Part shown: piece by piece, positions 29,311 to 40,388 of the stretch | Position numbering within the stretch: position 1 is the first letter of the stretch | How the letters are laid out: the number at the start of each line of letters is the position of its first letter | Assembly (NCBI GenBank): GCA_016934035.1 | Contig: JAFGTP010000009.1 | Location: forward strand, 1,459-65,458 | DNA length: 64,000 nucleotides | Direction of reading: 5' to 3' | Origin: Fidelibacterota bacterium | GTDB lineage: Bacteria; Fidelibacterota; UBA2242; JAFGTP01 | Program-made: the position numbers and the translations under genes | Notes under the pieces: model-generated | Databases searched by the model: none | What the model was told of the DNA's origin: nothing | Seen by the model: only the letters and a program-made list of their open reading frames with translations

Positions 29311-29561
29311 TATTATCTAAGTTATGTTAATAAAATGACTTCGAAATATAGTAAAAAAGTAGTTAAAATAGAATGTATTTAATTTATTTAGTGACTTATT
29401 GGTTGAAATGTTGTAAATTTTGCGGCTTTAGGTTTTTAAGATTATTAAATCAGGTGTCGTAAAGCCCGCCTAATTAACCCGAGAAATTGACGGGGTTTTA
29501 TTTGCATAATGGTGTGGAAAATCATTGTGTTGAAATCTGGTTTATTAATCAGAAAAAAAAC

Positions 29562-29592
29562 TTGATTATAAAAAAAGTGGATATTAAGTTTG
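29562..29592 (+). promoter_or_regulatory. Putative rplM promoter (TTG-N20-TAAGTTTG, Bacteroidota-like -33/-7 layout)
   Basis: TTG at 29562 and TAnnTTTG at 29585-29592, about 50 nt before the rplM ATG. Confidence 0.35.
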
Positions 29593-29641
29593 TCTGCTTT
29601 TTTGAAGGTGGAAATTATTAATATAATAAACGAGAGAAGAA

Positions 29642-30079
29642 ATGTTTAAAACATATTTTCCTAAAAAAAACGACGTTCAGGAGAAATGGCACATTGTTGA
29701 TGCCGACGGTGTTGTTCTGGGTCGTTTGGCTTCTCAGGTCGCAGCTGTTCTGAGAGGAAAGAATAATCCGCTGTTTACACCATATCATGATATGAAGGAA
29801 TTTGTAATTATTGTAAACGCTGAAAAAGTCCGACTGACCGGTAAAAAAAGTGAAATTAAAACCTATTTCTCACACTCCGGTTACCTGGGACATGAAAAAA
29901 CAACCAGTCTGAGAGAATTGCTGGAAAAACATCCTGAAAGAATCATTGAAAAATCGGTCAAAGGTATGCTTCCCAAGAATTCGCTCGGACGGGAAATGTT
30001 CAGAAAATTAAGAGTATACGCAGGACCGGAACATCCCCACAAAGCTCAGCAACCAGTTGAATTAAAAGTAGAAGGATAG
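29642..30079 (+). CDS. rplM: 50S ribosomal protein L13
   Basis: WHIVDA, LGRLAS, LRGK, SGYLG, KGMLPKN. Confidence 0.98.
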   Translation: MFKTYFPKKNDVQEKWHIVDADGVVLGRLASQVAAVLRGKNNPLFTPYHDMKEFVIIVNAEKVRLTGKKSEIKTYFSHSGYLGHEKTTSLRELLEKHPERIIEKSVKGMLPKNSLGREMFRKLRVYAGPEHPHKAQQPVELKVEG

Positions 30080-30086
30080 GACCGAT

Positions 30087-30476
30087 ATGAAAGAAGAATT
30101 TATTGCAGTTGGACGAAGAAAAGCTTCTGTAGCAAGAGTTATTGTACGTCCCGGAACCGGAAAAATCCTAATCAATAATCGTGAACTGAATGATTATTTC
30201 GATCGTGATTGTCATAAAACTGATGTTATGTCACCTTTGGTTCTCACCGAGACAGCCACTAAATATGATTATTTGGTCAATGTTCAGGGGGGTGGCCAGA
30301 CTGGTCAGGCTGGAGCGATAAAAATGGCTTTTGCCAGAGCTTTGGACAAATCTGATGGTTCTCTGAGAGGCAAACTGAAAACAGCCGGCATGTTGACCCG
30401 AGATGCAAGAGTTGTCGAAAGAAAGAAATTTGGTCTGGCTGGTGCACGTCGTGGCTATCAGTTCTCAAAACGTTAA
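30087..30476 (+). CDS. rpsI: 30S ribosomal protein S9
   Basis: GRRKASVARV, GGGQTGQAGA, LTRDARVVERKK, QFSKR. Confidence 0.98.
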   Translation: MKEEFIAVGRRKASVARVIVRPGTGKILINNRELNDYFDRDCHKTDVMSPLVLTETATKYDYLVNVQGGGQTGQAGAIKMAFARALDKSDGSLRGKLKTAGMLTRDARVVERKKFGLAGARRGYQFSKR

Positions 30477-30500
30477 TTTTTAAAGAAGAGATTAAATAAT

Positions 30501-31205
30501 ATGAGTGAAGTAAGTTTTAAACAATTGTTGGAGAGTGGTGCTCATTTCGGTCACTTAACCAGTAAGTGGAACCCCAAAATGCAGAATTTCGTATTGATGA
30601 AAAAAAACGGAATTCATATTCTCGATTTAAACAAAACTGAGCAATGTCTGCGGGACGCCAGGGAGTTTTTAAGAAATGTCGTCAGCAAAGGTGGCGATGT
30701 GCTTTTTGTGGGTACAAAAAAACAGACGGTTAATATCATTCGCAAAAATGCTGATATGTCCGGTATGTTTTATGTCGTTGAACGCTGGCTGGGTGGAACA
30801 TTGACAAACTTTGCCACAATCAAAAAAAGTATCAAACACTTAAATTCTCTGGAAAAAATGAAAACAGCTGGCTATCCGGACAGTTTAACCAAAAAAGAAA
30901 AACTGAGACTGGAGCGTGAAAGACTGAAACTTGCCGAATTACATCGTGGAATTAAAAGTATGAAAAAAATTCCGGATGTATTGATTGTATCCGATGTGGT
31001 TTATAACGATACTGCTGTCAAAGAAGCGAAAAAATTAAATATTCCTGTTATTGGCATTGTCGATACAAATGCGGACCCCAATCCAATTGACTTCCCGATT
31101 CCCGCAAATGATGATTCTGTTCAGACTGTTGAGTTGATCATCAGTGACCTGGCCCAAGCCATTGTGGAAGGGAAAAAAGCCAATATCGATGTACAACCCA
31201 AATAA
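30501..31205 (+). CDS. rpsB: 30S ribosomal protein S2
   Basis: LLESGAHFGH, WNPKM, FVGTKKQ, RWLGGTLTN, DTNADP, PANDD. Confidence 0.98.
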   Translation: MSEVSFKQLLESGAHFGHLTSKWNPKMQNFVLMKKNGIHILDLNKTEQCLRDAREFLRNVVSKGGDVLFVGTKKQTVNIIRKNADMSGMFYVVERWLGGTLTNFATIKKSIKHLNSLEKMKTAGYPDSLTKKEKLRLERERLKLAELHRGIKSMKKIPDVLIVSDVVYNDTAVKEAKKLNIPVIGIVDTNADPNPIDFPIPANDDSVQTVELIISDLAQAIVEGKKANIDVQPK

Positions 31206-31242
31206 ATAAAATAAACTAGTATCAATATAAGAGAGATTTATA

Positions 31243-31836
31243 ATGGAAATTTCTGCAAAACAAGTTAAAGAATTAAGAGATAGAACCGGCATTGGCATGA
31301 TGGAGTGCAAAAAAGCACTTTCTGAAAGCGATGGAGATATAGAAAAAGCCATTGAATTACTGAGAAAAAAAGGCATGGCGAAAGCTGCCAAAAAATCTGG
31401 TCGTGATGTCAATGAAGGTGTTATTCAGGCCTACATCCATCAGGGCAACAAAATTGGCGTTTTAATTGAAGTCAACTGTGAGACAGACTTCGTTTCCAAT
31501 AACTCTGATTTTAAAAACTTTGTTAATGACGTTTGCATGCAGATAGCAGCCTCAAACCCGATGGCCATTGACAGAGACGGAATTCCGGAAGAAGTTCTCG
31601 AAAAAGAAAAAGAGATCTTTAGAGCCCAGGGCGCTAATGAAGGAAAACCGGCTGAAATCGTTGAGAAAATCATGGTCGGACGAATTGAGAAATTCTATGC
31701 CCAAAGTTGTTTACTGGAACAGGAATTTGTAAAAGAAACCAGTAAGACAATTAAAGAATATCTGAACGAAACAATCATGAAAATTGGTGAAAACATCAGT
31801 ATCAAAAGGTTTACACGTTACGAACTTGGCGAATAA
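31243..31836 (+). CDS. tsf: Elongation factor Ts (short form)
   Basis: VKELRDRTGIGMMECKKAL, EVNCETDFV, LLEQEFVK. Confidence 0.97.
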   Translation: MEISAKQVKELRDRTGIGMMECKKALSESDGDIEKAIELLRKKGMAKAAKKSGRDVNEGVIQAYIHQGNKIGVLIEVNCETDFVSNNSDFKNFVNDVCMQIAASNPMAIDRDGIPEEVLEKEKEIFRAQGANEGKPAEIVEKIMVGRIEKFYAQSCLLEQEFVKETSKTIKEYLNETIMKIGENISIKRFTRYELGE

Positions 31837-31853
31837 TCTTTGAATAAGGTTTT

Positions 31854-32585
31854 ATGCCCGATAATAATTATAAAAGAATTCTGATAAAATTCTCCGGCGA
31901 AGTCCTCGCCGGAGAAAAACTTTCCGGTATCGATCCCAAAATGGTTGATCAAGTTGCGGAAGAAATCTTCTCCCTCCAAAAATATAAAAAAGAGATCGCC
32001 CTTGTGTTTGGTGGAGGTAATATTTTTCGTGGGCTGAGTGCCTCTGAAAAGGATAATACCGACCGGGTGACAGGGGATTACATGGGAATGCTGGCAACTG
32101 TGATAAATGCCTTGGCAGTTCAGGAGTCTCTATCCAGGAAAGGTGTAAAAGCCAGAGTTATGTCAGCGATCCACATGCCGGAGATTGCTGAACCGATGAT
32201 TATTCGAAATGCAGATAAATTCCTCCATGATGGTGAGATCGTGATCTTTAGCGCCGGCACAGGAAGACCCTTTTTCAGTACGGACACCGGAGCAGCCCTT
32301 AGAGCAGCTGAAATCAAAGCCGATTTGTTAATTAAAGGTACGAAGGTTGATGGTGTATATGACAAAGATCCGATTCGATATCCTGATGCAATTTTTTATC
32401 CCACCCTTGATTATCAGACATGTATTGAAAAACAATTAAAAGTCATGGATACCACAGCTTTTAGCTTGTGTCAAAACAACAATATTCCAATCGTTATATG
32501 CAATATGACAGTCGCAGGCAATATTGAAAAAGTAATTGCAGGTAAAAATATAGGTACCTTAATCGTTGGAGGTAATAATGGTTAA
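31854..32585 (+). CDS. pyrH: UMP kinase
   Basis: LIKFSGEVL, GGGNIFRG, DYMGMLAT, PFFSTDT, VDGVYDKDP. Confidence 0.97.
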   Translation: MPDNNYKRILIKFSGEVLAGEKLSGIDPKMVDQVAEEIFSLQKYKKEIALVFGGGNIFRGLSASEKDNTDRVTGDYMGMLATVINALAVQESLSRKGVKARVMSAIHMPEIAEPMIIRNADKFLHDGEIVIFSAGTGRPFFSTDTGAALRAAEIKADLLIKGTKVDGVYDKDPIRYPDAIFYPTLDYQTCIEKQLKVMDTTAFSLCQNNNIPIVICNMTVAGNIEKVIAGKNIGTLIVGGNNG

Positions 32586-33135
32586 TGATGTAGTAAAAGA
32601 CGCTGAAAACAGAATGAAAAAATCAGCCACAACTCAGCAGGTTAAACTCGGTAACATACGGACCGGGCGCGCCAATCCGGCAATGCTTGACGGTATTCAG
32701 GTTGACTATTATGGATCGAAAACACCTCTGAAACAATTGGCCAATGTTGCTGCCCCTGATCCCCGATTGCTGGTGGTTCAGGTTTATGACCGTTCTGCCA
32801 TTGATGCTGTTGACAAAGCCATTAAAAGCGCTGATATTGGACTAAATCCTCAAATTGAAGGAAGTCTCTTAAGACTGCCGGTACCTCAGCTCAATGATGA
32901 AAGACGGCGGGAACTGATCAAATTTGCCCATTCAATAGTGGAAGAAGGTAAGGTGTCTGTCAGGAATATTCGTCGGGATGCCAATGAAATGCTGAAACAA
33001 TTACAAAAAGACAATGATATTTCTGAAGATGATATGCACAAAGGCCTTGATGAAGTGCAGAAACTCACCGACACTTATATCAAAGACCTTGACCAGATGC
33101 TGAAAAACAAAGAAAAAGATATCATGGAAGAATAA
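32578..33135 (+). CDS. frr: Ribosome recycling factor
   Basis: IRTGRANP, VDYYG, GLNPQ, NIRRDA. SD GGAGG before ATG 32578. Confidence 0.97.
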   Translation: MVNDVVKDAENRMKKSATTQQVKLGNIRTGRANPAMLDGIQVDYYGSKTPLKQLANVAAPDPRLLVVQVYDRSAIDAVDKAIKSADIGLNPQIEGSLLRLPVPQLNDERRRELIKFAHSIVEEGKVSVRNIRRDANEMLKQLQKDNDISEDDMHKGLDEVQKLTDTYIKDLDQMLKNKEKDIMEE

Positions 33136-33159
33136 TTATTCGAGTCCATCAAATTTTAC

Positions 33160-33192
33160 AGGGGGTTCTTGATGCAAGGCCCCCTTTTTTTA
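33160..33192 (+). terminator. Intrinsic terminator after frr
   Basis: AGGGGG-TTCTTG-ATG-CAAG-GCCCCCT followed by a T run. Confidence 0.7.
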
Positions 33193-33258
33193 TTTTTTGG
33201 ATTGTCTAATTGTGCTGGTTTAATTAAACTTTATCTCTGTAAATTTCAGATTGATTGC

Positions 33259-34698
33259 ATGAAAAAACTTAAGCAGGTAATACAAAAAATTTATTATTAC
33301 TCCGGTGGTTGGATCGGTGCGCGGTATATTTTCAGAGAGCTGATCAGCCCGTTCTTTTTCTCGATCAGTGTGGTTACTTTTGTTTTATTGATGAATTTTT
33401 TATTGAAAGAAATCGACCGTCTTTTAGGCAAAGAATTGCCGGTCTGGGTGATACTGGAATGGATCTATCTGAACATGGCCTGGATCATTGCCCTCGCAGT
33501 CCCCATGGCTGTACTGGTGGCAAGTATTATGGCCTACGGACGTTTAGCCGAAGACAATGAAATTGTTGCCATGCGATCATCCGGCATCAGTTTTATCGGT
33601 ATTCTGACACCGGCCATTTTCTTTGGAATAATTGTAACTGTGCTAATGGTTCTTTTTCAAAATAATGTTTTACCGGATTATAACCATCGTGCCCGATTGC
33701 TCACAGGGGATATTTATCATAAAAAACCAGGACTGACAATTGAGCCCGGTTATTTTATCGATGATATGGAAGGGTACTCTATTTATATTAAAGAAAAAAA
33801 AGATGAACTACTTCTGAACATGATAATCTATAAAGATGATCCGGATAAAGTACAGACGACAATTTATGCGGATAGTGGAAGAATCGAAGTCCAGGGAACC
33901 AATGTGGTGATTTCCCTCTTTGATGGCGAAATTCATGAGTTGGACCTTATCAAACCGGACAAGTACCGCAGAATGTATTTCACAAAGCACAAGATCGGTA
34001 TTCCTGTGGATGATATGATTCTGGAACGCCGGGAACAGGGGCGTCGGGGTGACCGGGAAATGAACATCTCTATGATGAAAAAACAGGTTGAAACATTTCT
34101 CGAATCCAAAGAGAAAATTGCCATGAAAATCCAGGAAATAGCTAAAGAGCAACTGGACATCCATCATTACAAAAACCTGAAAGAAATTAAGAAAACCATT
34201 GATGCCAGGATTGACAGCAACAATCAGGTTTTATCCGAAGCCAAAGCCAAAATTGAAAACCGCCGGTTGGAAGGCATATTCAATCGCATCAAAACTGAAA
34301 CCAATATGATTCAGAATTATCAGAAAAAGGTGAATAAATACATGGTTGAAATTCATAAAAAAATATCCATGCCCTTTGCCTGCCTGGTTTTTGTGCTTAT
34401 TGGTACACCACTTGGCGTTATGTCCAGGAAAGGCGGCATCGCCCAAGGCGCTGTCACCAGTATCTTATTTTTTCTCATCTACTATGTTTTCTTAATCGGT
34501 GGAGAGGAACTGGCTGATATGGCAATTATCTCGCCCTTCATAGCAATGTGGGCTCCCAATTTTTTGTTGCTGGGTGTTGGAATTTATTTGATCTATTCAG
34601 CAACTTTTGAAGTGAGGACTTTTGATATTTTGGAAGCCTTTAACCTGACGAAAAAAATCAAAGAAAGAAAAGGAAAATCGAATCATGCTGGCGGTTAA
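33259..34698 (+). CDS. lptF: LptF/LptG family LPS export permease
   Basis: RYIFRE, LAVPMAVL, GRLAEDNEIVAMRSSGIS, EIHKKISMPFAC, AMWAPN. Confidence 0.85.
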   Translation: MKKLKQVIQKIYYYSGGWIGARYIFRELISPFFFSISVVTFVLLMNFLLKEIDRLLGKELPVWVILEWIYLNMAWIIALAVPMAVLVASIMAYGRLAEDNEIVAMRSSGISFIGILTPAIFFGIIVTVLMVLFQNNVLPDYNHRARLLTGDIYHKKPGLTIEPGYFIDDMEGYSIYIKEKKDELLLNMIIYKDDPDKVQTTIYADSGRIEVQGTNVVISLFDGEIHELDLIKPDKYRRMYFTKHKIGIPVDDMILERREQGRRGDREMNISMMKKQVETFLESKEKIAMKIQEIAKEQLDIHHYKNLKEIKKTIDARIDSNNQVLSEAKAKIENRRLEGIFNRIKTETNMIQNYQKKVNKYMVEIHKKISMPFACLVFVLIGTPLGVMSRKGGIAQGAVTSILFFLIYYVFLIGGEELADMAIISPFIAMWAPNFLLLGVGIYLIYSATFEVRTFDILEAFNLTKKIKERKGKSNHAGG

Positions 34699-35986
34699 TT
34701 TTATTGAACAAAAAAAGCAGGGAAAAGAACATAAACCTGAAGACATAAAAGCTTTTATCGATGCCTATGTAAGAGGAGATATTCCGGATTACCAGGTATC
34801 GGCCTGGCTGATGGCCGTAAATTTTCAGGGCATGACGACTCATGAAATTGTAGCCCTCACAGACGCCATGTTAAACAGTGGTGAAAGAATTGATTTGTCC
34901 CAAATCGATAAATTTAAAACAGATAAACATTCCACCGGAGGTGTTGGGGATAAAGTTTCTCTCATTCTGGCTCCTCTGGCTAAAGCAGCCGGATGTGTCG
35001 TGCCCATGATCTCCGGAAGAGGTTTGGGACATTCTGGTGGAACTCTTGATAAACTGGAAAGCATTCCAGGATTCAAGGTCGGAGTATCCTGTAAAGAATT
35101 TACGCAACTGGTAACGGAAAATTCACTGGCGATGGGTAGCCAGACAAAAAGTATTGTACCGGCAGACAGAAAAATGTATGCTTTGAGAGATGTTACGGCA
35201 ACCGTGAAGTCCATTCCCCTGATTTGTGGCAGCATTCTCAGCAAAAAAATTGCTGAAGGAATCAATGGTCTCGTCCTCGATGTTAAAACCGGAAACGGCG
35301 CTTTCATGGAAGAATATTCTGAGAGCAGAAAATTGGCTGAGACTCTGAAACAGGTGGGTGAACAATTCGGAATCAAAGTCAAAGCAGTAATTACAGACAT
35401 GAACCAGCCGTTGGGCAATGCCGTTGGCAACTGGTTGGAAGTAGTCGAGTGTATCGATGTACTCAAAGGCCAGGGCCCTTCGGATTTAATCGAAGTCACC
35501 CTGACGCTCACTACCTGGATGGTCGTTATGTCAGGAATTGAAAAAAATTTTGAAAAAGCAAAAGATATACTGCGAGAATTATTGGCCAAGGGTAAAGCAT
35601 ATGAGGAATTTGAAAACATGGTCAGGGCCCAAAAAGGAGATGTGGAATATATAAAACATCCGGAAAATTATAAACAAGCTGCCGTCATAAAAGAGGTTCT
35701 GGCCGAAAGCACTGGCTACATCAAAGCCATGGATACAGAACAAATTGGTATGATATCATTGAACTTGGGGGGAGGCCGAAAATTGATTACCGATGAAATT
35801 GTTCCGGAAGTAGGTTTAATCGTCAAAAAGAAAATAGGAGACAAGGTCGAAATAGGTGATATGCTATGTCTTATTCATGCAAATAGTGAATCTGATTTTG
35901 AAACAGCCAAAGCGAATTATTTGCAATCCCTAAAACTGGATATGAAACCGGTCGAACCGAAACCTTTGATTTATGAATCCTTTTAA
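34685..35986 (+). CDS. pdp: Pyrimidine-nucleoside / thymidine phosphorylase
   Basis: [50 protein letters not shown]. Confidence 0.95.
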   Translation: MLAVNFIEQKKQGKEHKPEDIKAFIDAYVRGDIPDYQVSAWLMAVNFQGMTTHEIVALTDAMLNSGERIDLSQIDKFKTDKHSTGGVGDKVSLILAPLAKAAGCVVPMISGRGLGHSGGTLDKLESIPGFKVGVSCKEFTQLVTENSLAMGSQTKSIVPADRKMYALRDVTATVKSIPLICGSILSKKIAEGINGLVLDVKTGNGAFMEEYSESRKLAETLKQVGEQFGIKVKAVITDMNQPLGNAVGNWLEVVECIDVLKGQGPSDLIEVTLTLTTWMVVMSGIEKNFEKAKDILRELLAKGKAYEEFENMVRAQKGDVEYIKHPENYKQAAVIKEVLAESTGYIKAMDTEQIGMISLNLGGGRKLITDEIVPEVGLIVKKKIGDKVEIGDMLCLIHANSESDFETAKANYLQSLKLDMKPVEPKPLIYESF

Positions 35987-36506
35987 TATTTCAATTCAAA
36001 AATGTGATATTACCATCCTGAAAGTGGATGCTATCGTCAACGCTGCCAATTCCAGCTTGCTGGGAGGCGGTGGTGTGGATGGGGCAATACACAGAGCCGC
36101 CGACAGTGACTTACTGGCTGAATGTCGTCAATTACGAAAAACCCAGTTACCTGCAGGATTACCGACAGGGAAAGCAGTACTGACAAAAGGCTATAAATTA
36201 CCGGCAAAATATATTATTCATACCGTTGGGCCGGTCTGGCGCGGCGGAAGTTTGGGCGAACCGGAATTACTGGCGGATTGTTACAACAATTGCTTGAACC
36301 TTTGTCAACAGATGAATTTTAAATCTGTTGCTTTTCCGGCAATCAGTACAGGCGTTTACGGATATCCGAAAGAAAAAGCGGTGAAAATAGTCTTTGATAC
36401 TCTATGGACCTGGCTGAAAGTAAAGGACTATGAAATCCAGATTATTTTTGCCTTGGTCAACGATAACTATGAAATCTACCGGAAATATTTTGGGGAAAAT
36501 CAATGA
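35973..36506 (+). CDS. ymdB: Macrodomain O-acetyl-ADP-ribose deacetylase
   Basis: [40 protein letters not shown]. Confidence 0.92.
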   Translation: MNPFNISIQKCDITILKVDAIVNAANSSLLGGGGVDGAIHRAADSDLLAECRQLRKTQLPAGLPTGKAVLTKGYKLPAKYIIHTVGPVWRGGSLGEPELLADCYNNCLNLCQQMNFKSVAFPAISTGVYGYPKEKAVKIVFDTLWTWLKVKDYEIQIIFALVNDNYEIYRKYFGENQ

Positions 36507-37015
36507 AAGGTTATGTTCAGGTTTATACCGGAAACGGGAAAGGGAAAACCACAGCTGCCATCGGATTGGCAATTCGGGCTGCAGGGGCCGGGAAAAAAGT
36601 ATATATTGCCCAGTTTGTCAAAGGCATGAGGTATAGTGAAATTAAAGCTCTGGAGAGATTTGACGAAATCACTGTGGAACAATTTGGTCTGGAATGTTTC
36701 ATTGTCAAGAAACCCAAACAGGAAGATATCGATGCTGCTCTCTATGGATTAAAAAAAGTAAAGGAGGTCATCGTGTCCGGCCAATATGACATTATTATCC
36801 TGGATGAGGCCAATATTGCTGTCTTTTTTAAACTTTTTTCTGTAGATGATTTAATGAGTATTATTGATCTGAAGCCGGATAATGTTGAACTCGTTATTAC
36901 AGGTCGCTATGCTGAAGAAAAATTGATTCAGAGAGCTGATCTGGTGACAGAAATGAAAGAGATCAGGCATTATTATCAATCTGGCGTGGAGGCACGACCC
37001 GGAATTGAATCCTGA
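36503..37015 (+). CDS. cobO: Cob(I)alamin adenosyltransferase (CobO/BtuR type)
   Basis: [37 protein letters not shown]. Confidence 0.92.
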   Translation: MKGYVQVYTGNGKGKTTAAIGLAIRAAGAGKKVYIAQFVKGMRYSEIKALERFDEITVEQFGLECFIVKKPKQEDIDAALYGLKKVKEVIVSGQYDIIILDEANIAVFFKLFSVDDLMSIIDLKPDNVELVITGRYAEEKLIQRADLVTEMKEIRHYYQSGVEARPGIES

Positions 37016-37420
37016 TTGACTGTTGCAATCAAAGGTTGCCAAACACAGAAGATAAGGACAGGCTTTTAAAAAAAGTCTAAAGCAGTCCGTTAGCGATCAA
37101 TATTTTAGAAAATCAGTGTAATCGGTAAAAAATATTTTGTTGTGGAATAATTTTCCAAAATTTTTTTTAAAGACCCATTGATAATTTATCCTTCCCCCTT
37201 AAAAAAAATATTAAAAAATTAAAAAAGGAATTTTGGCATACATGTTGAAAAAGAGATAAATGATTTTTAAAACTGACTCCTCCCCAAGATGGTATAGATC
37301 CCCTGCCCCTATTTCTCCCCCTCTGGAATAGGGGCATCTATTTTTATAAACCATTAAAAATTCCACCTTTTAAAAAAAAAAAATATTTGATATGAAAAAT
37401 ATTCTTCTAAATTATTTGCC

Positions 37421-37516
37421 ATGTTAAAGGACTTGGAAATATTAAACAATAATCAGAATGCAAATTTTTGGTGGTGGCGTCGCAGTTTATATTCTTCAGG
37501 TCAATCGATGAACTAA
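37421..37516 (+). CDS. trpL: Tryptophan leader peptide (31 aa, WWW)
   Basis: MLKDLEILNNNQNANFWWWRRSLYSSGQSMN*, not in the ORF track; lies directly upstream of the attenuator and trpB. Confidence 0.85.
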   Translation: MLKDLEILNNNQNANFWWWRRSLYSSGQSMN

Positions 37517-37585
37517 TCATTTTTATATATAAAAATTAAAAATTTAAAAATCGCAGACCTGAAGAGGGCCTGCGATTTTTTTTTG
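37493..37585 (+). promoter_or_regulatory. Trp transcription attenuator (antiterminator/terminator)
   Basis: TCTTCAGGTC (37493-37502) is perfectly complementary to GACCTGAAGA (37556-37565), which overlaps the terminator AATCGCAG...CTGCGATT plus T run. Confidence 0.85.
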
Positions 37586-37619
37586 TACAATCGAAATGAA
37601 ATATTAAAAAGGAGAACAA

Positions 37620-38825
37620 ATGATGAATAACACACTACCCAATGAACAAGGATTTTTCGGAGAATACGGCGGCAGTTTCATTCCGCCTCAATTGCAGGAA
37701 ATTATTAATGACATTACTGCCAGTTATTTGAAATTGAAAGACGATCCGGAATTTAAAGCTGAACTGGCTGATCTGTATAAGCATTATGTCGGTCGTCCCA
37801 GTCCTATTTTCTATGCTAAGAATCTGTCTAAAAAATTAGGAGGGGCCCAAATCTATTTGAAACGTGAAGATCTGAACCACACCGGCGCCCATAAAATCAA
37901 TCATTGCCTGGGTGAAGCCCTGCTAGCCAAGAAAATGGGCAAGAAAAAACTCATCGCTGAAACTGGTGCCGGACAGCATGGTGTTGCTCTCGCTACTGCC
38001 GCTGCCCTGGTCGGATTGGAATGTGATATTTATATGGGTGAAGTGGATATTGTAAAAGAACATCCCAATGTCGTACGTATGAAAATTCTCGGTGCCCGTG
38101 TTATTCCGGCAACCCATGGTCGTAAAACACTTAAGGAAGCTGTCGACGCTGCTTTTGAAGCCTATGTCAAAGATCCAATCACTCAGCTCTATGCCATCGG
38201 TTCTGTAGTGGGACCGCATCCTTTTCCGATGATGGTCCGTGATTTTCAGCAGGTAGTCGGCCGTGAAGCCAAAGAGCAATTTCTGGACATGACGGGCAGA
38301 CAACCCAACAACCTGGTAGCCTGTGTGGGCGGTGGTTCCAATGCTATCGGGCTTTTTACAGCCTTCCTTGATGATGAAAATGTTAATATTTATGGCGTTG
38401 AACCCTCGGGACTGAGTTTTAAAGATGGTGAACATGCCGCAACGCTGACCAAAGGCACTCCGGGAATTATCCATGGTTTCAAATGCTACCTGTTGCAGGA
38501 TGAAAATAATGAACCTGCCCCGGTTTACTCCATCGCTTCCGGTTTGGACTATCCGGGAGTCGGACCTCAGCATAGTTATCTGAAAGATATCGGAAGAGTA
38601 CAGTACGAATGTATCAATGATAAAGAAGCTGTCGAAGCCTTTTTTGAAATTTCAAGAGTGGAGGGAATTATTCCAGCCCTTGAAAGCGCCCATGCCATTG
38701 CCTATGCAATGAAACTTGCCCCCACACTTCCGCAGGATGAAACCATTCTTGTCAACCTTTCCGGACGAGGGGATAAGGATATTGATTACATTGCTGAAAA
38801 TTATGGTCAGGAATATAACGTTTAA
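37620..38825 (+). CDS. trpB: Tryptophan synthase beta chain, stand-alone
   Basis: [50 protein letters not shown]. Confidence 0.95.
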   Translation: MMNNTLPNEQGFFGEYGGSFIPPQLQEIINDITASYLKLKDDPEFKAELADLYKHYVGRPSPIFYAKNLSKKLGGAQIYLKREDLNHTGAHKINHCLGEALLAKKMGKKKLIAETGAGQHGVALATAAALVGLECDIYMGEVDIVKEHPNVVRMKILGARVIPATHGRKTLKEAVDAAFEAYVKDPITQLYAIGSVVGPHPFPMMVRDFQQVVGREAKEQFLDMTGRQPNNLVACVGGGSNAIGLFTAFLDDENVNIYGVEPSGLSFKDGEHAATLTKGTPGIIHGFKCYLLQDENNEPAPVYSIASGLDYPGVGPQHSYLKDIGRVQYECINDKEAVEAFFEISRVEGIIPALESAHAIAYAMKLAPTLPQDETILVNLSGRGDKDIDYIAENYGQEYNV

Positions 38826-38847
38826 AAAAAAATTTCAATCACTGATT

Positions 38848-38880
38848 AATGGCAGAAGGGTTCACTTTCTGCCATTTTCT
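38848..38880 (+). terminator. Intrinsic terminator after trpB
   Basis: AATGGCAGAA...TTCTGCCATT followed by T-rich sequence. Confidence 0.7.
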
Positions 38881-39240
38881 ATTTTGTTAAAATAATTTAA
38901 TTGATGTTGGTTTTAATATTAAACCCAAGGATCATCCTTTTATGAAAATCAGATGATGTTTTGAAATTTTTTTTCTGGATTGTAATTTTTTTATTCTTTA
39001 AATCTTTTTAATTCAACGTAATGGTTTTTCGATGCATGAATTTTCAAAGGAAACAATGAAAGAAAAGAAAAAATAATGACAAGTTAAACTAAAAAGAAGG
39101 AAGTTCCCTGATTTGGGGTTTTCGGCAACACGTTTTTCTTTTAGGAAAATATAAAATTGACTATATTTTCCCACGTGAAAATTGGATTTAAATTATGAAA
39201 AGTTTTTACTATATTTTGACTCTAACTGAAAGGAATATTC

Positions 39241-40377
39241 ATGCAGGTACCATTACTGGATTTAAAAGCACAAATGGATACAATCCGTGGTGAAGTGAAA
39301 GCAGCGATTGATGACGTGGTTGAATCGACCCATTATATTCTGGGACCGGAAGTTGAAAAGCTGGAAAATACAATTGCTGAATACTCCGGTTCAAAATATG
39401 GTGTTGGACTGTCATCCGGTACCGATGCGTTACTGATTGCATTGATGGCACTGGATATTAAAACCGAAGATTTGGTCATCACTTCTCCCTATTCCTTTTT
39501 TGCCACTGCCGGTACTGTCGCCAGGTTGAATGCAACACCGGTTTTTGTGGACATTGATCCCAAGACCTATAATCTGGATCCAAATCTGCTTCGAAAATGG
39601 TTTTCTGAAAATCCGGACAAAACTGAGAGAGTCAAAGCCATTATTCCTGTCCATTTGTTTGGCCAATGTGCTGATATGGATGCCATTCTGGAGATTGCGT
39701 GCCAATATAAAATTCCTGTAATTGAGGACGCAGCACAGGCCATTGGAGCCAAATACCCTTCTAAAACAGGCAGTCAGCGAGCAGGTTCCATGGGGATTAT
39801 GGGATGCTTTTCCTTTTTTCCCAGTAAAAATCTCGGTTGTATGGGTGACGGAGGTATGGTGGTAACTAATGATGAAACCCTTTACCAGAAGCTGATAAAA
39901 CTTCGCAATCATGGTTCTGCTCCTAAATATTATCATGCCCTGATTGGCGGAAATTTTCGTCTGGATGCTATTCAGGCGGCAGTGCTCAATGTCAAAATCA
40001 AATATCTTGAAGAGTGGCATAAAGGCCGCCGGAAAAATGCTGAATATTATGATAATAATCTCACAGTTCCCGGACCGGTGAAGCCTTTTGCCGTCTATGG
40101 GAGAGACAATCATATTTATAACCAGTACATATTATTGGTCCCTGAAAAACGAAATGAATTGCGGAAATTTCTCAATGATTCGGGGATCGGCAATGAAGTC
40201 TATTATCCGGTGCCGTTTCATGAACAGGAATGCTTTGAATATCTGGGCTATAAAGCCGGTGATTTTCCTCATTCGGAATATGCCTCTGTGCATACCATTG
40301 CTATTCCGATTTATCCGGAATTGACCATTGATATGCAAAATTACGTCATATCCAAAATTGAAGAATTTTATAAATAA
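39241..40377 (+). CDS. DegT/DnrJ/EryC1/StrS aminotransferase (WbpE-like)
   Basis: YILGPEV, SGTDAL, PVHLFGQ, IEDAAQA, SFFPSKNLG, NFRLDAIQAA. Confidence 0.9.
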   Translation: MQVPLLDLKAQMDTIRGEVKAAIDDVVESTHYILGPEVEKLENTIAEYSGSKYGVGLSSGTDALLIALMALDIKTEDLVITSPYSFFATAGTVARLNATPVFVDIDPKTYNLDPNLLRKWFSENPDKTERVKAIIPVHLFGQCADMDAILEIACQYKIPVIEDAAQAIGAKYPSKTGSQRAGSMGIMGCFSFFPSKNLGCMGDGGMVVTNDETLYQKLIKLRNHGSAPKYYHALIGGNFRLDAIQAAVLNVKIKYLEEWHKGRRKNAEYYDNNLTVPGPVKPFAVYGRDNHIYNQYILLVPEKRNELRKFLNDSGIGNEVYYPVPFHEQECFEYLGYKAGDFPHSEYASVHTIAIPIYPELTIDMQNYVISKIEEFYK

Positions 40378-40388
40378 GCGGTGAAATC

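Noticed and set aside
29455-29505. Possible L13 leader or terminator hairpin upstream of rplM
   Set aside because: Pairing is weak (AAAGCCCG/CGGGGTTTT) and lies upstream of the likely promoter; cannot be supported.
31243-31836. Short EF-Ts (197 aa)
   Set aside because: The short form is well known in many phyla.
34840-35619. Long antisense ORFs (259 aa here; also 37923-38573, 39430-40113, 55829-56416)
   Set aside because: They are shadows of well-conserved genes on the opposite strand and carry no recognisable motifs.
38881-39240. AT-rich gap before the sugar genes as a possible sRNA or ops/JUMPstart site
   Set aside because: No GGCGGTAG ops motif or stable structure seen; consistent with promoter DNA.
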